Below are positions 8,232-16,217 of a stretch of 21,118 nt of DNA, piece by piece. A model generated the notes under the pieces. The model saw only the letters and a program-made list of their open reading frames with translations. It made no database searches and was not told the DNA's origin. Position numbers and translations under genes: made by a program. The DNA lies in NCBI GenBank assembly GCA_051747585.1, contig JBNJGH010000061.1, positions 1 through 21,118 on the forward strand. Direction: 5' to 3'. Position 1 is the stretch's first letter. Each line of letters starts with the position of its first letter. The stretch comes from Candidatus Rifleibacteriota bacterium (GTDB taxonomy: Bacteria > Muiribacteriota > Ozemobacteria > Ozemobacterales > Ozemobacteraceae).

Positions 8232-9866
8232 TTAATTCATTAGAAATTTCATCATATTGTCGTAAATTAAAGGGGTCTGATGCTTGAATGGAGAAGGGCC
8301 TTCTTTGGCCTGATTGATGTCGCTGTCAGGATACTGATAATCAGTAAAGTTACAGCAACCGCTTAAAACCAGATGACTTTTTTTTATGGTTTCTACAGCC
8401 ATGATCGGTATGGTTATGTCAGAAGGGTAGATTACAGCAGGTATTTTTTTATAACCGTCTTTATTGAAACTGTCTTCATCGCCGCTTACGAGAATTTCTA
8501 TGCCGGGCTCATCTTTAGTAAGTGGTTGATGCTCGTCAGTTATGAGTGAGCAGGTTCCCCAGGTGATGATAGTTTCGACATTATTGGTTATCGGGTGGTC
8601 AGGATTGATATTATGGGCCAGAACCCCCCAGGGCTTGTTAGTTTTGTTGGTTTTATCCCATACTTGATCATCATTCAAGCGCATGCCTGAACCTATGGCT
8701 GAGAGAAGATTATTGAGGGTCTTTGTGCCACGCAGTCGAGATGAATCCCAGGCTCCGCCTATAACAAGATTGTTGCCGGTCTTGATCAATTTCTCATTGT
8801 TAACATTAGTGAACCAGTTCTTAATATGCTCTATTTCTTCTTTTTCCAATTTCAGGGAAGGATCGGGAATTATGAAAGTGGAAAAATCTTTGAGAGTTGC
8901 TTCTTGTATCTGGTCGAGATTGTAATAAACATAGTAGCCGAGCTTTTCCATGTGGCGTTCAAAAGCTCCCATTTTATCTGAGGGAGCGTTTCCATGAGAT
9001 GCGTCAATTAAAATATTTTTGTCTTTCTGGTGGCTGATGGCTTCATAATAAAAGTCGACTTTTCTTGATGGAATAGTGGCTTCAGGTTTCTGGCCGGTTA
9101 CCCACATCATGCTGTTGTAAGCAAACTGCGGGTGAGAATACATATAAGAATCGTAGCTGTCATGAAGATTCTTGTCGCCGGTGCTTCCGGTGCCGTCATC
9201 AAATGGAGAACTGTCACCAATTGCAGCAACGCGACCTTTTCCGTATTCGGCTGCAACTACATAGGGGGCTTTTTTTATTCGGCTGCCGATAACACCGCTT
9301 GAGCTGGCATCCTGGGTTTCAATTATTTCAAAAGTTGAGCCTGCCCAGGCACCTATTCCTCTGACCTGATACATTAACGGATGATCTCGGTCAATTTTGC
9401 CTGCAAGAGGCGACTCATAAAGAAAGTCGCCGGCAAATTTAAAGCCGAATTCAGGGCAAAATTCATTTAGGGCTTTTACTGCATCCCAGCCGTTATTATT
9501 TCGGTCGGCATCGCCGTGATCGCCGATAATAAAAGAGCCGCCGCCCTGTTTGACAAAACTTACCATCGCCTTTTGTTCTTGTTCCAGATAGGGGTTGTTG
9601 GGCTCTGCCAGTATAATTGCCTGGAAATCTTCAAGCAGTTCAGCGTCAATCGTGCCATCAGGGCTGATTGCGCTCAAATTAATAATATCAAAGTTATTTG
9701 CTTTTAACATATCAGCAAATTCCGAATAAGCTCCGGAAGGAATCCAGTCGGCATTGCCGGCTGTCTGACCATGAGTGTCATCATATAGAACTCGTGTCGG
9801 AGTGATTCCGTAAGCAAAGCTGACAATTAAAAGAAAACTTGAAATGACTGCGATAAGTTTTTTCAT
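8232..9866 (-). CDS. Secreted protein with two tandem DUF4350/class I GATase-like domains
   Basis: Start reassigned to ATG 9866 (GGGAG SD, signal peptide MKKLIAVISSFLLIVSFAYG); repeat 1 VLYDDTHGQTAGNADW...IILAEPN...GKGRVAAIGDSS; repeat 2 ILIDASHGN...FIIPDPS. Confidence 0.75.
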   Translation of the reverse strand: MKKLIAVISSFLLIVSFAYGITPTRVLYDDTHGQTAGNADWIPSGAYSEFADMLKANNFDIINLSAISPDGTIDAELLEDFQAIILAEPNNPYLEQEQKAMVSFVKQGGGSFIIGDHGDADRNNNGWDAVKALNEFCPEFGFKFAGDFLYESPLAGKIDRDHPLMYQVRGIGAWAGSTFEIIETQDASSSGVIGSRIKKAPYVVAAEYGKGRVAAIGDSSPFDDGTGSTGDKNLHDSYDSYMYSHPQFAYNSMMWVTGQKPEATIPSRKVDFYYEAISHQKDKNILIDASHGNAPSDKMGAFERHMEKLGYYVYYNLDQIQEATLKDFSTFIIPDPSLKLEKEEIEHIKNWFTNVNNEKLIKTGNNLVIGGAWDSSRLRGTKTLNNLLSAIGSGMRLNDDQVWDKTNKTNKPWGVLAHNINPDHPITNNVETIITWGTCSLITDEHQPLTKDEPGIEILVSGDEDSFNKDGYKKIPAVIYPSDITIPIMAVETIKKSHLVLSGCCNFTDYQYPDSDINQAKEGPSPFKHQTPLIYDNMMKFLMN

Positions 9867-9944
9867 AAAATTCTCCCCCCTGATTTTGGGTCTAATCAGT
9901 ATAGGAAAAAAGTTTTGTCCAGGCAAGTACTACCTTCAGGGCTT

Positions 9945-11795
9945 CTATTCTGAGAGTTCTTTGACCATTTGACTGAAATTACCTGTCCAGATGTTTAGAG
10001 GGCCGCAGAAGTTAGAAAGAAAAAATACTTTGCTGAAATCTGGACTGAACCTGGTTACCCTTAGATTATAACCCTGCAGAAACTTAACAAAATTGAGAAC
10101 CTTGTCGGCAGAAAACTCTGAAAATACAAAACTGTTGTGCTCTTGAAAAGGATAGGGGGGGTAACGAAGGTTAAAAGCTTCGGGTGATACTTTTAATTTT
10201 TCGGGCTTACGCAAACCAATGAACCAGTAATTATAAAAGTTGTCCGCAAAAACATGATTTGTATGAGCAAAACCTGCGTCGTAAACGTTTTCGAATTTTC
10301 CGTCGAGATTTCTGAATACATAAAGATATTTCATTGGCAGACTTATCGGATCAGTTTTTTGTAACTTTTCTCCTTTTTCTCTGGAAATTGACCTTGATGG
10401 TTCAGGGGTAAGAAAGGCTGAAAAAGTTTTTGATAAATCCCAGATGGGAGTGTTGAGTCTTTTGCTTAACAGCCTGCCTTCTACATATAAAACACGATCG
10501 AGGGTCCAGAAGCTTACAAGTTTTATGGTATTTCTTGATTCGATTCTCTGGGCATGGTCTTCGCTTACACTGTGGTCTTCATTAATTCTATAGCGATGTA
10601 ATATCGACTTTCTTAAATCAAGGTCGTCAAAAACGTAACGGCTTCTGGTTTGTCCTATAATTTCGACCACTGCAAATGATTTGCTGTCTGATGACCAGAT
10701 TAGTTCAGATATTTCATTAGGAAGTAATACGGCTTTTTGGTAAGTTTTAAAATTTTCGATGTCTATGATGTGTATCTCGCTACCGCTGGTTAGTGCAATT
10801 TTTTTCCCGTCGGGCGACCAGTAGGGCCGAGCATATAAATAGTTTGCTTCTATTTGCTCAATATTTTCAATTTCGAGCATTTTTTTCTGCTCGGCGTCGT
10901 AAATGAACAGAATTCTTTCCTGAGTTTTGTCGTCAAGCATAAGTCCGGCAAGAACCGGGCTGGAAGGAGACCAACTCATGCCAAGAACAAGCATTTTGCG
11001 ATCTTCAAAAATTTTCTCTTTTTTCCCGTTTTGTAAATTCAGGATAAAAAGCTGTTTATTATCGCTATAGGCAAGAAATCTTTCGTTCGGATCCGGTGTC
11101 AAATTGTCGAACCATTTTATGCTTTGCCCATTGATCGAAGAAACCCTGGCTTTATTGTTATCCAGTATATATTTAAAGATTCTATTTGAGCCTTTGTGAG
11201 GGCGGGTAGAAAAAACAAGCTTGTCTGAGCAGACAATCAGGTCAGTATCAGGCTCAAGGCTTTCTTTATACTGGGAAATGTTTTCGAGTTCGAGCTTTAA
11301 TGCAATTTTACAATCTTTTCTTTTGAATTGATCGGGAATTGTTAACAAAGAGTCGGAACTGTCAAGCAAATAGGTTCTATCTGTAGAGCTTTTCTGACTT
11401 AGATATTTATTAACAATGCGCAATATATGGTTAAGACCGGTATTTTTTAAGTTAATTTGCCCTGAATCATCTTTCCAGTTATCAAGGGTTTGCCCGGGTG
11501 CATAGATGAAGTTGAGCTCAACCTCAGGAGCAATTTTTTTTAGTTTGTGAAGGTATTGCATATAATTTTCGAAAAGATTGACTGCAAGATTAAGTTGTGG
11601 TAACTCAATGTGAAGAGGGTTTTCTGAATTGATCCCGGGTCTCAGTGGTGGTTGAAATACCAGGTTTATCTCGGATGTGCTGAAGCTTATAGTCTGATCT
11701 GTTATTTGTGCGTTTAATGAGTTCAAAGATAAACTTAAGAGCAAAACCATTGAAATAATTAAAATTTTATTTAAATTACAGCAATTAAATTTCAT
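9945..11795 (-). CDS. Secreted TolB/WD40-like beta-propeller protein
   Basis: Signal-like N-terminus; repeated blade motifs PDPNERFLAY, WSPSSPVLA, WSPDGKKIAL, WSSDSKSFAV, FSPDFSKVFF. Confidence 0.75.
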   Translation of the reverse strand: MKFNCCNLNKILIISMVLLLSLSLNSLNAQITDQTISFSTSEINLVFQPPLRPGINSENPLHIELPQLNLAVNLFENYMQYLHKLKKIAPEVELNFIYAPGQTLDNWKDDSGQINLKNTGLNHILRIVNKYLSQKSSTDRTYLLDSSDSLLTIPDQFKRKDCKIALKLELENISQYKESLEPDTDLIVCSDKLVFSTRPHKGSNRIFKYILDNNKARVSSINGQSIKWFDNLTPDPNERFLAYSDNKQLFILNLQNGKKEKIFEDRKMLVLGMSWSPSSPVLAGLMLDDKTQERILFIYDAEQKKMLEIENIEQIEANYLYARPYWSPDGKKIALTSGSEIHIIDIENFKTYQKAVLLPNEISELIWSSDSKSFAVVEIIGQTRSRYVFDDLDLRKSILHRYRINEDHSVSEDHAQRIESRNTIKLVSFWTLDRVLYVEGRLLSKRLNTPIWDLSKTFSAFLTPEPSRSISREKGEKLQKTDPISLPMKYLYVFRNLDGKFENVYDAGFAHTNHVFADNFYNYWFIGLRKPEKLKVSPEAFNLRYPPYPFQEHNSFVFSEFSADKVLNFVKFLQGYNLRVTRFSPDFSKVFFLSNFCGPLNIWTGNFSQMVKELSE

Positions 11796-11799
11796 TAAT

Positions 11800-12891
11800 T
11801 TAATCTCCTGAATCAGATTGTTGGGCCAGATATTTTTCGATTTCGTTAATTAACCCATCTACTAATTGGTCAGATGGTAAAGTTTTTATGATCTTACCTT
11901 TTTTGAATACCAGCCCGCTTTCTTTTCCTCCGGCTATGCCAAAATCGGCTTGCTCCGCTTCGCCCGGTCCATTTACTGCGCACCCCATTACTGCGATGTT
12001 TAAAGACTTGCTTATTTTTGCGAGCCTTTGCTGTACTTCGGCAGCAATCTTTTGTAGAGGGATCTGACATCTTCCGCAGGTAGGGCAGGAAACTATCAGG
12101 GGACCGGATTCTCTAAGACCGGTGGCTTTAAGTATGCGAAGCCCGGTTCTTACTTCTTCGGCGGAGTCGCCCGTGAGTGAAACTCTTATTGTGTCACCTA
12201 TACCCTGTAAGAGAAGGTGACCAATTCCAATAGAGGATCTTATTATGCCATCATCGGGCAGGCCGGATTCGGTAACTCCAAGGTGAAGAGGATAATCACA
12301 GGATGATGCAACAGTTTTGACTGCATCGCACATCATTTCTAGGTCAAAAGCTTTCACTGCAATTTTAATCATTTCGAAACCATGTTTTTCGAGACGTTTA
12401 ACCTCGTTCAATGCAGATTCTGCCAGGGCGTCGGCAGTTACTCCGCCATACTTGTTCTTGAGTGCGGGGTCTAAAGAGCCGGCATTGACTCCGACTCTAA
12501 CCGGAATATTGTAGTCGCCCGCAGCGGCTATAACTTCTTTTACTTTTTCGTCAGAGCGTATGTTGCCCGGGTTCAATCTAAGCCCGTCAACACCATTTTC
12601 AATTGCCAGAATTGCCAGATTATGGTCAAAATGAATGTCGGCGATAAGCGGTATTGGAGACTGTTTGCAGATTTCTTTCAACGCATTGGCCGCTTGCTTG
12701 TCGGGTACTGCTGACCTTATGATATCACAGCCGACAGCCGCCAGGCGTTTTATATCATTAACGGTTGCTTTAACGTCACGAGTATCTGTTTTGGTCATGG
12801 TTTGCACCGTTATTGGTGCATTCCCGCCAATCTTGACTCGACCTAAGCTGATTTGACGGCTTGTTCTTCTATTTCCTGTTATTGGATTCAT
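11800..12891 (-). CDS. ispG: (E)-4-hydroxy-3-methylbut-2-enyl-diphosphate synthase
   Basis: IGGNAPITVQTMT, PLIADIHF, RLNPGNI, RVGVNAGSL, YPLHLGVTESG, GIGDTIRVSLT, Fe-S ligands SCPTCGR and MGCAVNGPGEA. Confidence 0.98.
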   Translation of the reverse strand: MNPITGNRRTSRQISLGRVKIGGNAPITVQTMTKTDTRDVKATVNDIKRLAAVGCDIIRSAVPDKQAANALKEICKQSPIPLIADIHFDHNLAILAIENGVDGLRLNPGNIRSDEKVKEVIAAAGDYNIPVRVGVNAGSLDPALKNKYGGVTADALAESALNEVKRLEKHGFEMIKIAVKAFDLEMMCDAVKTVASSCDYPLHLGVTESGLPDDGIIRSSIGIGHLLLQGIGDTIRVSLTGDSAEEVRTGLRILKATGLRESGPLIVSCPTCGRCQIPLQKIAAEVQQRLAKISKSLNIAVMGCAVNGPGEAEQADFGIAGGKESGLVFKKGKIIKTLPSDQLVDGLINEIEKYLAQQSDSGD

Positions 12892-14972
12892 TTTTTTCGA
12901 CCTGCTACTACAAAGGTGATGTCGTCTGTAAATTCACTTATCTTACAACGGTTTAATCTTGCGATGATTTTATCATAACAGTCTGGAGGGCAGGAAAATT
13001 TATTTTCTTTAAGGAAGTCTGAAAAAGTTTGCTGACAAAGTTTTTCAAATGCTTTGTATAAACCATTTGTGGAAATAATTAGGATTGAGTCTTCTGTTAA
13101 TTCTATTTCTGTGCTGGTTATTTCTGCTGTGCCGGTCAGACCGAGGGGTTTGGAATCTATAAGTTTCAAAGGTTGTGGCTGATTTCCGGTGATCAATAAG
13201 GGGGGCGGGTTGCCGGCATTTATTACTAAAAATTTATTTTTTTCTCCCTTTATCAAAGTGGCTGCAGCACAAAGTTCTTTGCTGTGAAAACAGCGTAAAA
13301 CGCTTTCTGTCTGGTTAAATTTCGCGAAAGGATCATTGACAGAGCGGAATACGGAAAAAATTATATTTAGAGTCAATACCGCAGGAATGCCATGATGAAA
13401 AGCGTCATAAAGTGCCAGATAGTTGTTGCTTTCGCCTTCAGAAAAATCAATCAAATCGCCCTTAATTTGATGACTCAATGAAGAGTAGGTAATAAAATTG
13501 AGGCCGGCAAAGCTGAATTTATTTTCAGCAAAAGAGATAGATTCAAGCATTTTTCTCGCTTGTTGAATTTCCTGCTGGTTTCGGTCTTGAACCAGCATTT
13601 TCTGTAGCATTTCAAGGTTTTCTATAAGATGTGGAAGTTCTTTACATAAACCGTTTACCAGGTTTATTTCTGTTTCGGTATAGGGTACTTTTGTTTTCTT
13701 ACCGCCCAGAAGAAGGTATCCATAAGTTTGTTTTTCGTTCTGGATCTGAAAAAGGTTTCTGTAACCCGCTAGTTTAAGCTTTTTAAGCTGCTCTGTGCTA
13801 GCAGTGTCGTCGTTGGTTGCAAAAAAATCCGCCAGACTTTCAATCTCGTTTATTTCTGCGGGCAGGTTGGGCAGACTGTCAATTATCTCATATATTTCTT
13901 CTTGTTCTGCGTTCTGATTGTAACTTACTTTCAGGCTTTTTATACTGATATAAAATGAGGTAAAATCTAAAATCAATTTAAGTTCACTTTTAAGTTTAGT
14001 CAGCATTGATTGCAAATTTTTCGAGTTTCTTGTCTCTGTTAGAATATGCTGCATCACGCTTGCTGAATCAAAACTCTGCCGGCCAAAAATTTTATCTACG
14101 GTTTTTATTATTAAATCTTTCAAGGGCGAAAAAAATGAGGCAATCAGAAGCACTGAAATAATATTTGCCCAGAGCCCCGAAAAGTTTAGAAAATTTTGCA
14201 TCAGTTCCTGAAAGAGTTCCATAATTCCTGCTAATATGGCAGTAAGCAGGGTATAAACCAGACCTATCGAAAAAATCAGGTCTATTTCCATCAGATTGTA
14301 TTTGAGCATGGTATAGGCAAGAATGCTGCTCATGATGATACTCAAGAGCGGAAACATGCCGAAAGTATAGGCAGTTTGTCCTGCTATGAACCATTTGCCG
14401 GCGGCGATTATTATAGAACCCGCTGCAATTGGAAGAAGCATCGCGGTAAAGGTGTATCTTAGTCTGCGTTTCTGTATTTTACTTTTTGCTTCGGCTCTAC
14501 TCCTGGAAAGAGTCGTAAGTGAATAAAGCAGATAGCCTATAATGATTCCCTTGCTTAAAAATTCAAATTTTCCCAGGTTGATTGCGAAACCGTTTGGAAT
14601 GGGCTCAACCAGTTCAAACAGTTGGTTGGACCAGAGCAGATACAGTAGCAAAGCAGCAGGAAGAAAAAAAACAATGCTGTTGAACCTGTTCTTGATTATG
14701 AGGTTCTCAGATTGAAGTGTCGGGTAAATTGAAGAAAATATGCAAAAGAAGAAACTTAGTAATATTGCGGGCGTAAACAAAAGCTTTATGGCGAAAGCAT
14801 TGATTTCGTTAATGATGAGGTTGCCTTCAGCCAGGCTCCATAGCAGAAATAAAAAAAGCAGCAGACTGAAAAGCTGATTGGGTAATTTACGGTAATCTTT
14901 TAATAAAACCAGAAGTGCTAATAAAAATTGAATTAAAACAGAGGTGGCGCAGAAAAAAAGAGCGACTGACAT
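12888..14972 (-). CDS. Multi-TM sensor (HisKA_7TM-like) + GAF-like + SpoIIE/PP2C-like domain, probably degenerate
   Basis: Start taken as ATG 14972 (TAATG overlap with the upstream stop); many TM helices in the first ~290 aa; GYLLLGGKK...YTETEINLV GAF-like; PP2C-type motifs KGDLID, YDAFHHG, NAGNPPP, PLGL, STNGL, DDIT. Confidence 0.8.
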   Translation of the reverse strand: MSVALFFCATSVLIQFLLALLVLLKDYRKLPNQLFSLLLFLFLLWSLAEGNLIINEINAFAIKLLFTPAILLSFFFCIFSSIYPTLQSENLIIKNRFNSIVFFLPAALLLYLLWSNQLFELVEPIPNGFAINLGKFEFLSKGIIIGYLLYSLTTLSRSRAEAKSKIQKRRLRYTFTAMLLPIAAGSIIIAAGKWFIAGQTAYTFGMFPLLSIIMSSILAYTMLKYNLMEIDLIFSIGLVYTLLTAILAGIMELFQELMQNFLNFSGLWANIISVLLIASFFSPLKDLIIKTVDKIFGRQSFDSASVMQHILTETRNSKNLQSMLTKLKSELKLILDFTSFYISIKSLKVSYNQNAEQEEIYEIIDSLPNLPAEINEIESLADFFATNDDTASTEQLKKLKLAGYRNLFQIQNEKQTYGYLLLGGKKTKVPYTETEINLVNGLCKELPHLIENLEMLQKMLVQDRNQQEIQQARKMLESISFAENKFSFAGLNFITYSSLSHQIKGDLIDFSEGESNNYLALYDAFHHGIPAVLTLNIIFSVFRSVNDPFAKFNQTESVLRCFHSKELCAAATLIKGEKNKFLVINAGNPPPLLITGNQPQPLKLIDSKPLGLTGTAEITSTEIELTEDSILIISTNGLYKAFEKLCQQTFSDFLKENKFSCPPDCYDKIIARLNRCKISEFTDDITFVVAGRKK

Positions 14973-15610
14973 TACCTGTATTTCCACTCCGGTTGTCTGA
15001 TCCTGGAGGTGGCGGCTCTTAGATTTGCAGTTGTAACAAGCTCTGCAGACTCAGACCTCTGAGTAAAGTTAAGCTTTATTTGAACATGACTTATCTTTTT
15101 TCTCTGCCCCGAATCATTTTCACCCATGTCAAACGGATAATATGACCATCCAACAGGGGAGGCTTTGTCGGGAGCTTCGAAATAAGGGTAAAATATCTGT
15201 TCGTTTACCTTTTCGACCGAAAGAAGTTTTATCGGATTTCCGCGGCCTTGTGTTCGCCATAAAATTGAACGCTTGCCGGAATTGTCAAGCTCGTAAATTA
15301 CAGTTACAAGCGCGCTTTCTCCAGGTTCAGGGTTTTCTTTGGAAAATTTGTAAGTTCTTATTTTTAAAAAATCTGGTCTGATTTCGACAATTTCTTTGGA
15401 ATTTCTGAGATCGGCCGCAATTAACTCCATGTTATTGCGCACTTCAGAGGTTAATAACAGTTGGGTGGTGCCTTTTTTGACCGTCGACATGCCCGTGGAT
15501 TGGAGTAAATAAAGAACCCCACCAACAAGAATAGTCAAAGTCATGCCGAGCAAAAGCTCGACTAAGGTAAACCCTTTGGGTTTTGTTGTTGATTTTTTCA
15601 GACTTTTCAT
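14972..15610 (-). CDS. Prepilin-type N-terminal cleavage/methylation protein (PilW/GspJ-like minor pilin)
   Basis: Basic leader then G|FTLVELLLGMTLTILVGGVL class III signal; IAADLRNS helix typical of J/W-type pilins. Confidence 0.85.
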   Translation of the reverse strand: MKSLKKSTTKPKGFTLVELLLGMTLTILVGGVLYLLQSTGMSTVKKGTTQLLLTSEVRNNMELIAADLRNSKEIVEIRPDFLKIRTYKFSKENPEPGESALVTVIYELDNSGKRSILWRTQGRGNPIKLLSVEKVNEQIFYPYFEAPDKASPVGWSYYPFDMGENDSGQRKKISHVQIKLNFTQRSESAELVTTANLRAATSRIRQPEWKYR

Positions 15611-16182
15611 TGGTGCTGACCTGCCAGGGTTTTGAGTCGGGCTATCTTGCGATTGTTGCGATTGTAGACGATGACAGTTATTTCTTTCAGGTTTGAGGGC
15701 ATGGCCGACTCAACCAGTTTTTCTACTTTAACCACTCTACGAAAAAAACGGTAATCTTCGGGATAGGTTTGTATGTTTTTAAGATAGACTTTAGGATAAA
15801 GAGGTTTTAAACGAAGAAATGTGGTTTTATTTTCACTGTCGCTTAAAGATTTTTTGCTGAAAACATCCGAAAAATATTTTTCGAAGGATTCTTCGTCGTA
15901 ATAAGCTTCATCGTAATCGGGTCTGTCTTGATAAACCGAACGAAAGTTTTCATAGTCAGATTTGATCATTTCGTAGGGTAAGCCCCTTATTTCTTCAATT
16001 TTTTCTCGCGCAAGGTTATATGCCAGAACATATTCTGAATTGTCGTGGCTGCCTCTTACACCAAATAGAAACATTCTGGTAAAGGGCAAAGCCACCATTC
16101 CTACAATGGCCAGTACAATCAGAATTTCTATGAGGGTGAATCCCTTTTGAAATCTTTTTTTCGAATTTTTTGAATTAAACAT
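15607..16182 (-). CDS. Prepilin-type N-terminal cleavage/methylation protein (PilV/GspI-like minor pilin)
   Basis: Basic leader then G|FTLIEILIVLAIVGMVAL; AYNLAREKIEEIR and FRRVVKV...KEITVIV patterns typical of I/V-type pilins; ATGA overlap with the next gene. Confidence 0.85.
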   Translation of the reverse strand: MFNSKNSKKRFQKGFTLIEILIVLAIVGMVALPFTRMFLFGVRGSHDNSEYVLAYNLAREKIEEIRGLPYEMIKSDYENFRSVYQDRPDYDEAYYDEESFEKYFSDVFSKKSLSDSENKTTFLRLKPLYPKVYLKNIQTYPEDYRFFRRVVKVEKLVESAMPSNLKEITVIVYNRNNRKIARLKTLAGQHQ

Positions 16183-16217
16183 CTGCTATAAATAATAACA
16201 TATTGAAAAGAATTTGT

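Noticed and set aside
9867..9926. 20-aa N-terminal extension of the ORF called at 9926
   Set aside because: ATG 9866 has a good SD and begins a clean signal peptide
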